The position numbers were made by a program, and so were the translations under genes. A DNA stretch of 64,000 nucleotides from Gammaproteobacteria bacterium (GTDB lineage Bacteria; Pseudomonadota; Gammaproteobacteria; JADZEE01), in NCBI GenBank assembly GCA_050183625.1, contig JBFXBD010000022.1, forward strand, positions 23,052 to 87,051. The letters are read 5' to 3'. The notes under the pieces were generated by a model. The model ran no database searches and was not told where the DNA came from. It saw only the letters and a program-made list of their open reading frames with translations. Of the stretch, positions 1-8,668 are shown one piece after another; the first letter of the stretch is position 1; the number at the start of each line of letters is the position of its first letter.

Positions 1-1003
1 CGAGCGCCGCGGGATCGTCGCGCGGTGCATCCCGCAGCGTCTCGTGGAGCAGGGCGGCGCGCACGCCGTCCAGGCCTGTCGCGCGCCGCAGGTGATCCGG
101 AAAGCTGCGTTTGCCGCGCGGACGCGCCAGCGCCTCGCGCAGCGCCTGTTCGGAGCGCCCGGGTGCAAGGTCGATGCGCAAGGTTGCGACGCCGTCGCGG
201 AGGATCGATTCGCGCAGGTGGCGCGACAGCGCATACACGCACCCGCCCTCGAAGCCGTAGCGCGTGATGACGAGATCGCCCGGCGCGCCGTGCGTGCGGC
301 CGTCCGCCGTCGTACACGAGAGCACCACGTTCTTGGCGATCGATCCCGCGTGGCGTTCGCGCAGGTGCTCGCTGACCGCGCACTCGAAGCCGCAGTTCGC
401 GGGCGCGAGCGGTGTCACCGCCACGCAAGCCGCTTCGAGGATCGGCACCCAGCCGCCATCCGAGCCGAGCCGCGGCCAGCTTGCGCCGCCGAGCGCGAGC
501 ACGGTGGCGCGCGGCGCCACGGCGATGCGGCCGCCGGGTGTGTCGAAGACGAGCGCCTCGTCCTGCCACCCGGCCCAGCGGTGGCGCGGGTGGAAGACGA
601 CGCCCGCGCGCCGCAGCCGTTCCAGCCATCGGCGCAGCAGCGGTGCCGCCTTCATCCCGGCCGGAAACACGCGCCCGGAGGAGCCGATGAAGGTGTCGAT
701 GCCCAGGCCCGCGGCCCAGGCGCGCACGGCCCGGCTGTCGAACGCCTCGATCGCGCCCCGCAGCGCCGCCGGCGGCACGGCGCCGTAGCGCGCGAGCAGC
801 GTGGATCCGGTGTCCTCGTGGGTGAGGTTCAGCCCGCCCTTGCCCGCGAGCAGGAACTTGCGCCCGCACGAGGCCATGGCGTCGTAGAGCGCGACCGGTA
901 CGCTCGCCGCGGACGCGACTTCGGCCGCCATCAGGCCGGCAGGCCCGCCGCCGACGACGGCGACGGAAGCGACGCCATTCTCGCGGTGCCCGGGCGCGGT
1001 CAT
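1..1003 (-). CDS. NAD(P)/FAD-dependent oxidoreductase, HI0933/BaiN-like flavoprotein (C-terminus runs off window start)
   Basis: Manual reverse translation from the ATG at 1001-1003 gives MTAPGHRENGVASVAVVGGGPAGLMAAEVASA, a GxGxxG dinucleotide-binding fold. The downstream sequence resembles HI0933-family flavoproteins. It is absent from the ORF track because no stop lies in the window. Confidence 0.55.
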   Translation of the reverse strand, partial: MTAPGHRENGVASVAVVGGGPAGLMAAEVASAASVPVALYDAMASCGRKFLLAGKGGLNLTHEDTGSTLLARYGAVPPAALRGAIEAFDSRAVRAWAAGLGIDTFIGSSGRVFPAGMKAAPLLRRWLERLRRAGVVFHPRHRWAGWQDEALVFDTPGGRIAVAPRATVLALGGASWPRLGSDGGWVPILEAACVAVTPLAPANCGFECAVSEHLRERHAGSIAKNVVLSCTTADGRTHGAPGDLVITRYGFEGGCVYALSRHLRESILRDGVATLRIDLAPGRSEQALREALARPRGKRSFPDHLRRATGLDGVRAALLHETLRDAPRDDPAAL

Positions 1004-1073
1004 GCCGGCGAGCACATCAGTTGCACCTGCTGTGTCGAATGGATGGCTACAACCGTCGATGCGCGGTGCCCGA

Positions 1074-1838
1074 TCAACGCGCCGTCCACCCGCCGTCGAT
1101 CGGAATGCAGGCCCCGGTGATCGGCCCCGACGCGGGGTTGGCCAGGAAGGCGATGAGTTCGGCGACCTGCAGCGTGGTCGCGGGCGCGCCCATGGGGCTG
1201 CCCCAGCCGACCGCCTCCAGCACACGCTCGCGTTCCAGCGGCGTCCAGTCGGGCGTGTCGGTCGGGGTCATTCCGGCGGGGCAGATGCAGTTGATGCGGA
1301 TGCCGCGGTCGGCGTAGTCGAGCGCGGCGGTCCGGGTGAGCATCAGCAGGCCGCCCTTGGACGCCGAGTAGGCCGCCGTGTACTTCAGCCCGGTGGTGGA
1401 GGTCGTCGAGCCCACGTTGATCACCGAGCCGCCGCCGCGTGCCAGCAGGTGCGGGATCGCCGCCCGCATGAGCATGAACGGGCCGAGCAGGTTCACCGCA
1501 AGGTACTGCGAGAACAGTTCCGGCGCGATTTCGTGAACGGGCAGGTAGCGCGACCGCAGGGCGGCGTTGTTGACCACGATGTCGATGCCGCCGTAGCGCT
1601 CGACGGTGGCGGCGACCAGCGCCTCGACGTGCGCGGCCTGGGAAACGTCGCCGGCAAGCGCGTGGATGTCACCGCCCGTTGCCCGCACGGCGGCCACCGT
1701 CTCGGCCAGGCGCGCCTCGCGCCGGCCGTCGATCATCACCCGCACGCCGCGGCGCGCGAGCACCTGCGCGGTCGCTGCGCCCAGGCCGCTGCCCGCGCCG
1801 GTGACGATGGCGACCAGGCCGGCAAGGGGATCGGTCAT
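1074..1838 (-). CDS. SDR-family short-chain dehydrogenase/reductase
   Basis: Internal Met start MTDPLAGLVAIVTGAGSGLGAA carries the TGxxxGxG motif, with the active-site YSASK and NNAA motifs. The complement of the upstream sequence shows GGAGGA before the ATG at 1836-1838. The longer 410-aa ORF in the track is an N-terminal over-extension. Confidence 0.8.
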   Translation of the reverse strand: MTDPLAGLVAIVTGAGSGLGAATAQVLARRGVRVMIDGRREARLAETVAAVRATGGDIHALAGDVSQAAHVEALVAATVERYGGIDIVVNNAALRSRYLPVHEIAPELFSQYLAVNLLGPFMLMRAAIPHLLARGGGSVINVGSTTSTTGLKYTAAYSASKGGLLMLTRTAALDYADRGIRINCICPAGMTPTDTPDWTPLERERVLEAVGWGSPMGAPATTLQVAELIAFLANPASGPITGACIPIDGGWTAR

Positions 1839-2043
1839 CGGGTATCCTCCGTGGTCACTGGCGCGGACGCGTGCCGTTGCGCGAATATGCGGCATCGCGC
1901 GGTTCGAGTCGACCGGCGCGTAGCTTCGCCGGCGCGACCACGCGCGCACCGGCCGTCCCGGTGTTTCTTCGGCGGTGCGGGATGATCGCCGCACAGGGCA
2001 ACCATGCGCCGGGCTGCGTGCCGGGCAGATGAGGAGCGTGCAG

Positions 2044-4494
2044 ATGTCCGAACCGATATGCAGCGGCCTGACCGTCGTCGAACTGGGCGCGGGCTCCGCC
2101 CCGGGCTCGATCGCGGGGATGATGCTCGCGGACAACGGCGCGCGCGTGCTGAAAATCGAGCCGCCGCAGGGCGATCGGCTGCGCGCCGCGGATCCCTCCG
2201 CGTTCCTGGTCTGGAACCGCGGCAAGGAGAGCGTCATCGCCGACCTGCGCACCGACGCCGGCCGGCGCGAGGTGCGCGAGATCATCGCCGCGGCGGACGT
2301 CGTCATAGAGGCATTCGGCGCCGGCCGGGCGCAGGCCTGGGGGCTGGACTACGAGGCCTTGCGCGGCGCGAACCCCGGCCTGGTGTACTGCTCGGTGAAG
2401 GGATTCGGATCGACCGGCCCGTACGCGCACCTGAGGGCGTACGAGGGCATCGTGGCCGCGAAGGCGGGCGTGTTCTCACTGGGCAACTTCGGCATTGCGC
2501 CCACGCCGATGTTCACCGGCGGCCTGTTCGCGAGCGTGGGCGCGGCACACATGGCGGTCTGCGGCATCGCCGCCGCGCTGCGGGTGCGCGGGATCACCGG
2601 GCGCGGGCAGCGCGTGGAAGCGGCGATGGTGCAGGGCGTGACCCCGATCAACTACTACGGCCTGATGGAATGGCAACTGCACGCGCGGCCGGAACTGTTG
2701 GAAAAGGTGCGCACGGCGCGCTCGCCGCGCGAGGGCGGCATCGTCGCCACGCGCATCATGATGATCGTCTGCACTGGCGACGGGCGCTGGATCCAGACCA
2801 CCATGATGCTGCCGCACCAGGCGCAGGCGCTGGTGCGCGCGGCCGGCCTGGCGCACACGATCAGCGACCCGCGCTTCAAGGATGCGCCCTACTTCGGCAG
2901 CGCGCAGGACGCGCAGGACTGGGAGGACCTGCTCTGGGAGCGCTTTCGCGAACAGCCCTGGAGCCACTGGCGCGAAGCCCTGCTGCGCGAGGCGGACATC
3001 TCGTTCGAACTGATCGGCAGCGACGTGGACGGGCTCGATCACCCGCAGTTCATCCACAACGGCGAGGTCGTCACCCTGGATGATCCGAAGCGCGGGCCGG
3101 TGCGCCAGGTCGGCCCGGTCGCGTTCTTCGATGAAACGCCCGCGCGCCTGGAGCGGTCCGCGCCTGCGCTGGGCGAGCACGGCGCGTTGCCCGCGCGCGC
3201 GGCGCCGAAGCCTTCCGGTGCCGCGGCGCCGCGCCATCCGCTGGAAGGCGTCACGATCGTCGAGTTCGGGTATTTCTATGCGATGCCCTACGGTCTGTCG
3301 ATGGCCACCGCGCTCGGTGCGCGGGTGATCAAGATCGAGCCGAAGAACGGCGATCCGATGCGCTGGAGCTACGGGCCGCCGGAGTACACGGGCTGCAAGA
3401 CCATGGAGGGCAAGGAAAGCCTGGCGATAGACCTGTCCACGCCGCAGGGGCAGGCCGTCATTCACAGGATCGTCGAAAAGGCGGACGCATTCGTCTGCGG
3501 CTTCCGCCCCGGCGTCGCCGAGCGGCTGAACCTCGGCCGCGACACGCTCGCCCGGCTCAATCCGCGGCTCGTGTATTTCCACGGCTCCGGCTACGGCGTC
3601 AGCGGCGACTACGCGTACCGGCCGATCTATGCCAGCGAGGCGATGGCGCTCGCGGGCGGGCATCATCGCCACAGCGGCTACTGGCTCGATCCGGCGCTGA
3701 CCCAGGGCATGTCGATCCCGGAACTCCAGGCGGTGATCCTGCCGCGGCTGCGCAGCCTGACCCCGGGCGATGCCTTCGCCGCGCTGTCGCTGTGCACCGG
3801 CCTGACGCTGGCGCTGCTGCACCAGCAACGCACCGGCCGGGGCCAGTTCGCCACGCGCAGCATGATCGGTGCGAACGCCTTCGGTTATTCGGACAGTTTC
3901 GTCGACTATGCCGGCAAGCCGCCGGTGCGGGTGCCGGATGCGGATCAACTGGGATTCAACGCGCTGTACCGGGTCTACCAGGCGGCGGCGGACTGGGTGT
4001 TCCTGGCGGTCATGACCCAGGGCGAGTGGGCGCGCCTGATTCAAGCGCTTCCAGGCGATCTCGGCCGCGATCAGCGCTTCGCGACCGCCGCCCTGCGCGG
4101 CGAACACGATGCGGCGCTTGCCGACGCGCTCGCCGCCGTATTCGCGCAGCGCCCGGCCGCGCAGTGGGAGGCGCTGTGCACGCCCGCCGGCGTGGCCTGC
4201 GTGAAGGTGTTCATGGTGAGCGACCCGGAGAACATGTCCGGCATGGCCGGCATGTCCGAGTTCAGCTACAACGATCCCGTGCTGCGCGAGACAGGATTCA
4301 TCGTCGATGTCGAGCATCCGATCTTCGGCCGCATCAGCCGCACCGGGCCGCCGGCGACGTTCTCGGAGACGCCGCCCCGGATCGAGGCCGGCAGCCGCAT
4401 CGGCCAGCACACCGACGCGATCCTCGCCGAGTTCGGCTATTCGCCCGCCGAGATCGCCGGCCTGCGCAGCGCCGAAGTCGTCTTCGGCGCCTGA
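2044..4494 (+). CDS. Tandem-fused family III CoA-transferase (two CaiB/BaiF domains in one ~816-aa polypeptide)
   Basis: Two complete CaiB/BaiF-like halves are present. The N-terminal half begins LTVVELGAGSAPGSIAGMMLADNGARVLKIE and the second GVTIVEFGYFYAMPYGLSMATALGARVIKIE. GAGGAG precedes the ATG at 2044. Confidence 0.8.
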   Translation: MSEPICSGLTVVELGAGSAPGSIAGMMLADNGARVLKIEPPQGDRLRAADPSAFLVWNRGKESVIADLRTDAGRREVREIIAAADVVIEAFGAGRAQAWGLDYEALRGANPGLVYCSVKGFGSTGPYAHLRAYEGIVAAKAGVFSLGNFGIAPTPMFTGGLFASVGAAHMAVCGIAAALRVRGITGRGQRVEAAMVQGVTPINYYGLMEWQLHARPELLEKVRTARSPREGGIVATRIMMIVCTGDGRWIQTTMMLPHQAQALVRAAGLAHTISDPRFKDAPYFGSAQDAQDWEDLLWERFREQPWSHWREALLREADISFELIGSDVDGLDHPQFIHNGEVVTLDDPKRGPVRQVGPVAFFDETPARLERSAPALGEHGALPARAAPKPSGAAAPRHPLEGVTIVEFGYFYAMPYGLSMATALGARVIKIEPKNGDPMRWSYGPPEYTGCKTMEGKESLAIDLSTPQGQAVIHRIVEKADAFVCGFRPGVAERLNLGRDTLARLNPRLVYFHGSGYGVSGDYAYRPIYASEAMALAGGHHRHSGYWLDPALTQGMSIPELQAVILPRLRSLTPGDAFAALSLCTGLTLALLHQQRTGRGQFATRSMIGANAFGYSDSFVDYAGKPPVRVPDADQLGFNALYRVYQAAADWVFLAVMTQGEWARLIQALPGDLGRDQRFATAALRGEHDAALADALAAVFAQRPAAQWEALCTPAGVACVKVFMVSDPENMSGMAGMSEFSYNDPVLRETGFIVDVEHPIFGRISRTGPPATFSETPPRIEAGSRIGQHTDAILAEFGYSPAEIAGLRSAEVVFGA

Positions 4495-4497
4495 GCG

Positions 4498-5340
4498 GTG
4501 GCGTCGGTGCAAGCGCCATTCGAAACCCTGGCCTGGGGCTACGGGCTGGTCGAGGGGCCCACGGTCGATGCCGGGGGCAACCTGTTCTTCAGCGATGTGG
4601 TCCAGGGCAGGGTGTACCGCCTGGATCCCGCCGGCGGCGTGCAGACGGTCGTTCCCAAGCGACGCGGCATCGGCGGCCTCGCGCTGCATGCCGATGGCGG
4701 CCTGATCCTGTCCGGGCGCGACATCGTGCACGTGCGCGACGGCCGGACGCGGGTCGTGTTCGCCATCGCCGATCTCCCGGGCTGGAACGACCTCTGCACC
4801 GATCGCGCCGGGCGGATCTACGCCGGTGCGTTGCGGTTCACGGTCTTCGACGAGCATGCGACGCCCGTCCCGGGGGAGTGCTGGTGCATCGCCGGGCCGG
4901 ATCTGGCGCGGGTGGTGTACGGCGACGTCATCCACGCCAACGGCATCGCGCTGTCGCCGGACGAGCGGCTCATCGCTCACGCCGATACCCGCCGGCAGGC
5001 GTTGCTCGTGCACGCGCTCGACGCCCGGGGGCACGCGTCGGATCGGCGCGAGATTGCGGTCGAAGGCCATCCCGACGGTCTCGCCTTCGACGATGCGGGC
5101 TGCATCTGGGTGGCGGTGGCCGGCGCGGGCTGCGTGCACCGGTACACGCCCGAGGGCGTCCTGGATCGGCGCATCGAAGTGCCCGCGCGCTACCCGACCA
5201 GCCTGTGCTTCGCCGGCACCGACCGGCGCGACCTGATCGTCGTGTCCGCGGACAACCTGCAGGTGCCGGACCGGCGGGGTTCGATCTTCCGCCTGCGCGT
5301 CGACGTCGCCGGTGCGCCGGTCCATCCGGCCCGGGTCTGA
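4498..5340 (+). CDS. SMP-30/gluconolactonase/LRE-family protein (putative lactonase)
   Basis: Beta-propeller SMP-30-like motifs are present (GYGLVEGPTVDAGGNLFFSD and HANGIALSPDERLIAHADT). A GTG start lies 4 nt after the CoA-transferase stop. Confidence 0.75.
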   Translation: MASVQAPFETLAWGYGLVEGPTVDAGGNLFFSDVVQGRVYRLDPAGGVQTVVPKRRGIGGLALHADGGLILSGRDIVHVRDGRTRVVFAIADLPGWNDLCTDRAGRIYAGALRFTVFDEHATPVPGECWCIAGPDLARVVYGDVIHANGIALSPDERLIAHADTRRQALLVHALDARGHASDRREIAVEGHPDGLAFDDAGCIWVAVAGAGCVHRYTPEGVLDRRIEVPARYPTSLCFAGTDRRDLIVVSADNLQVPDRRGSIFRLRVDVAGAPVHPARV

Positions 5341-5342
5341 CG

Positions 5343-5765
5343 ATGACGATGCGAGCGAACCGTCCCATCCCTACGCCCACCCCGGAGTCCGCCCCGTTCT
5401 GGGAGCATTGCCGTGCGCACGAGTTGTGGCTGCAGCGCTGCCTGGATTGCGCGCGGCCGTTCTTCTATCCGCGCTTTCATTGTCCGGCCTGCGCGAGCGC
5501 GCGGGTCGAGTGGTTCCGATCCGGCGGGCGCGGCCGGATCTACAGCTTCGTGATCAATCAACGCCCGCCGCCGTGGATGAACGGCCCCTACGTCATCGCC
5601 CTCGTGGAACTGGACGAAGGACCCAGGATGATGGGCAACCTGCTCGGCATCGAGCCCACGCCGGCCCGGGTGCGGGTCGACATGCCGGTCGAGGTGACGT
5701 TCGAGGATCTCGACGAACGCATCAGCCTGCCGCAGTGGCGCCCGGTGCGGGAGCCGCGCGCATGA
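5343..5765 (+). CDS. DUF35 Zn-ribbon/OB-fold protein (thiolase partner subunit)
   Basis: CLDCARPFFYPRFHCPAC is a C-x2-C...C-x2-C zinc ribbon followed by an OB fold. The gene starts 3 nt after the SMP-30 stop, and its stop overlaps the thiolase start (ATGA). Confidence 0.75.
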   Translation: MTMRANRPIPTPTPESAPFWEHCRAHELWLQRCLDCARPFFYPRFHCPACASARVEWFRSGGRGRIYSFVINQRPPPWMNGPYVIALVELDEGPRMMGNLLGIEPTPARVRVDMPVEVTFEDLDERISLPQWRPVREPRA

Positions 5766-6931
5766 CGCTGCGCTACCGTGCGGCGATCGTCGGCGCGGCC
5801 GAGTCCACGTGCCTGGGCGTCGTTCCCGACCAGACGAGCTTTCAACTGGCGCTGGATGCCGTTTCCGGCGCACTCGCCGACTGTGCGCTGCGTCCCTCGG
5901 ACATCGACGGGATCGCAGGCGATCAACCCGCCGTGCTGGCGAAGTACTTCGGCATCGTGCCGGCGTGGGCGGACAATACCCAACTCGGCGGCGGTTCGTA
6001 CCTGCTGCACGTGCGCCACGCGGCCGCGGCGATCGCCGCCGGCCTGTGCACGACGGTGCTGGTGTCGATGGGCTCGAGCGGGCGCAGCCGATTCGGCGAG
6101 CCGGGCGGCAGGCTGAGCGACGTGACCGCCGCGCAGGCCTGGCGCATGACGCCGCTGGACGATCAGTTCGAGACGCCCTACGGCATCGTCGGCCCGACCA
6201 CGACGATGGGGCTGGGCGTGATGCGCTACCTTGCCGACACGGGAACCACGCTCGAGCAACTGGCATCGGTGCCGGTCGCCCAGCGGCGCTGGGCCCAGCG
6301 CGTGCCGCGGGCGATGTACCGCGACCTCATCAGCATCGACGACGTCTTCGCCAGTCGGCCGGTGTGCTATCCGTTCCACCTGCTGCATTGCTGCCTGCAG
6401 ACCGACGGCGGCGGCGCGCTGGTGATCACCACCCCGGAGCGCGCCGCCGATCTGCCGCGACCGCCCGTGTACCTGCTGGGCTCGGGCGAGGGCGTGGAGA
6501 CCCATCTCATCAGCCAGATGGAAGATCTCACCTCCTCGGCGGCGTTCCGCCTGGCCGCGCGCGCGGCATTCGCGGAAGCCGGTATCGCCCGTGGCGAGGT
6601 CGACCACATGATGGTCTACGACGCTTTCGCGCACCTGCCGCTGTTCGCGCTGGAGGATGCCGGGTTCGTCGGCCGGGGCGAGGCGGGCGCCTTCGTCGCC
6701 GAGGGGCACACCTCGCCCGGTGGGCGCTTGCCGCTGAACACCAACGGCGGCGGTCTCTCGTATACTCACACCGGCGCGTACGGGATGTTCCTCATGCAGG
6801 AGGCAATACGGCAACTGCGCGGCGAAGCGGCGCACCAGGTGCCCGGCGTGCGCATCTCCTATTGCCATGCGATCGGCGGGCCGTTCTGGAGCGCCGCGAG
6901 CCTGCTGCTGACCAACCACGCGCCGGGCTGA
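5762..6931 (+). CDS. Thiolase-like protein (SCP-x / nonspecific lipid-transfer-protein-type thiolase)
   Basis: MTLRYRAAIVGAAES is followed by thiolase-fold motifs including the catalytic Cys region and a GGGLSYTHTGAYGMF C-terminal region. The start is translationally coupled to DUF35. Confidence 0.75.
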   Translation: MTLRYRAAIVGAAESTCLGVVPDQTSFQLALDAVSGALADCALRPSDIDGIAGDQPAVLAKYFGIVPAWADNTQLGGGSYLLHVRHAAAAIAAGLCTTVLVSMGSSGRSRFGEPGGRLSDVTAAQAWRMTPLDDQFETPYGIVGPTTTMGLGVMRYLADTGTTLEQLASVPVAQRRWAQRVPRAMYRDLISIDDVFASRPVCYPFHLLHCCLQTDGGGALVITTPERAADLPRPPVYLLGSGEGVETHLISQMEDLTSSAAFRLAARAAFAEAGIARGEVDHMMVYDAFAHLPLFALEDAGFVGRGEAGAFVAEGHTSPGGRLPLNTNGGGLSYTHTGAYGMFLMQEAIRQLRGEAAHQVPGVRISYCHAIGGPFWSAASLLLTNHAPG

Positions 6932-7011
6932 ACGCGACAAGGAGCCAGGCGCGAACGCGCAGGCGGGATGGGCGCGGGTCCACGCGCAGCTCGAGGCACT
7001 CGGAGGCAGAG

Positions 7012-8616
7012 ATGGTTGCGGCAAGTCAGTACGACGTCATCGTCATCGGCGCGGGCGCCGGTGGAGTCTACGCGGTGCACCGCTTCAGCCGGCAGGGGCT
7101 CTCCGTGCTCGCACTGGAGAGCGCCGGCGGGGTGGGTGGCGTGTGGCACCACAACTGCTATCCGGGTGCACGCGTCGACGTGCCGAGCCTGGACTACTGC
7201 TATTTCTTCTCGCGCGAGCTGTATCGCGAATGGAAGTGGCCGGAGCTGTATTCATCGCAGCCGGAACTGGAACGCTACATCAACCACGCCGCCGACAAGT
7301 TCGATCTCCGGAAGCACATCCTGCTCGACAACCGGGTGACCGAGGCGCGATGGCTTGCCGACCGCAGGCTCTGGCAGGTCGATACCGGCGCGGGCAACCG
7401 CTTCACCTGCCGCTTCCTGGTGACCGCGATGGGCAACCTGACGGCGCCGCGCAACCCGGACTTTCCGGGCCTGGACGAGTTCCGCGGCGAGTGGGTGCAG
7501 ACCTCGCGCTGGCCGCAACGCCACGTGGATCTGAAGGGGCGGCGGATCGGCGTCATCGGCAACGGCGCCTCGGGTGTCCAGGTCATCCCGCCGCTCGCCC
7601 GGGAAGCCGAGCACCTGACGGTGTTCCAGCGCACGCCGAACTACGTCGTCCCGCCGCAGAATCGCGCGGTGGACCCGGCCGAGATCGAGGCGATCGCGGA
7701 TCGGTTCGACCAGTACCGCGCGGAAGTCTTCGCCAGCGACGGCGGCACGCACCTGCCGCCGGGCCACGGCCCGGCGGACCGGTACAGCCAGGCCGAGCGC
7801 GAGCGGATCTTCGAGGAGCAGTGGCAGTTCGGCGGCCATCCCATGTCCTGGCTGTTCGACAACGCGCAGACGGACTGGGAGGTCAGCCGGATCATCTCGG
7901 AACTGCACCACGACAAGGTGCGCTCGATCGTCCGCGATCCGGCGGTGGCCGAGAAGCTCTGTCCCTACGAGCACGGCGTGGGCAACCGCCGGCTCGGCGT
8001 CTGCCAGGACTTCTACGAGACGTTCAATCGCGACAACGTCTCGCTGGTCGATCTGCGCGAGAGCCCGTTCGAGCGCTTCACTCCCACCGGCATCCGGACC
8101 CGAAGCGGCCACCACGAACTGGATCTGGTCGTGTTCGCAATCGGCTTCCGCTCCTTCACCGGCACGCTGATTGACGCCGGCATCCGCAACGAGCACGGCG
8201 CCGGCATCACGGACCATTGGAAGCCGGGCTGGAAGACCGTGCTCGGCGTGATGACGACCGGATTCCCGAACCTGTTCATGGCCTGCGGCACGGGCGGGAT
8301 CGGATTCTCCGCCAACGTGTTCCCCTTCAACGAGCAGCAGATGGACTGGATCGGCGACTGCATCGCCTGGATGGACCGCAAGGGCCACGGGACCATCGAG
8401 GCCGATCCGACCGCGCAGGAAGCCTGGGTGCGCCACGTCGCGCAGACGGCCGGCAACCGGCTGCTGATGACGCGCGGCGTCACCGACCGCAGCGTGCACG
8501 TGGATCCCGAAACCGGCACGCGGGTCTGCAATACCTACCTCGGCGGGCTGGTGGACTTCATCGCGCGCTGCGACCGAAGCGCCGCCAACGGCTACGAGGG
8601 GTTCGTCCTGCGCTGA
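7012..8616 (+). CDS. Baeyer-Villiger (type I flavin-containing) monooxygenase
   Basis: YDVIVIGAGAGGVYAVHRF is an FAD-binding GxGxxG motif. The FxGxxxHxxxW-like BVMO fingerprint region follows (FRGEWVQTSRWP), then a second Rossmann motif GRRIGVIGNGASG. GGAGG precedes the ATG at 7012. Confidence 0.85.
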   Translation: MVAASQYDVIVIGAGAGGVYAVHRFSRQGLSVLALESAGGVGGVWHHNCYPGARVDVPSLDYCYFFSRELYREWKWPELYSSQPELERYINHAADKFDLRKHILLDNRVTEARWLADRRLWQVDTGAGNRFTCRFLVTAMGNLTAPRNPDFPGLDEFRGEWVQTSRWPQRHVDLKGRRIGVIGNGASGVQVIPPLAREAEHLTVFQRTPNYVVPPQNRAVDPAEIEAIADRFDQYRAEVFASDGGTHLPPGHGPADRYSQAERERIFEEQWQFGGHPMSWLFDNAQTDWEVSRIISELHHDKVRSIVRDPAVAEKLCPYEHGVGNRRLGVCQDFYETFNRDNVSLVDLRESPFERFTPTGIRTRSGHHELDLVVFAIGFRSFTGTLIDAGIRNEHGAGITDHWKPGWKTVLGVMTTGFPNLFMACGTGGIGFSANVFPFNEQQMDWIGDCIAWMDRKGHGTIEADPTAQEAWVRHVAQTAGNRLLMTRGVTDRSVHVDPETGTRVCNTYLGGLVDFIARCDRSAANGYEGFVLR

Positions 8617-8668
8617 GCCGGCGCGCACATCCGTGCTTGCGCGTTCCAACCCATGAGGAAATGACTGC

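Noticed and set aside
2476-5325. 949-aa minus-strand ORF and the 657-aa ORF at 3792-5765
   Set aside because: They are antisense or frame-shifted relative to the CoA-transferase and SMP-30 genes. The only real part of 3792-5765 is the final DUF35 gene (5343-5765).
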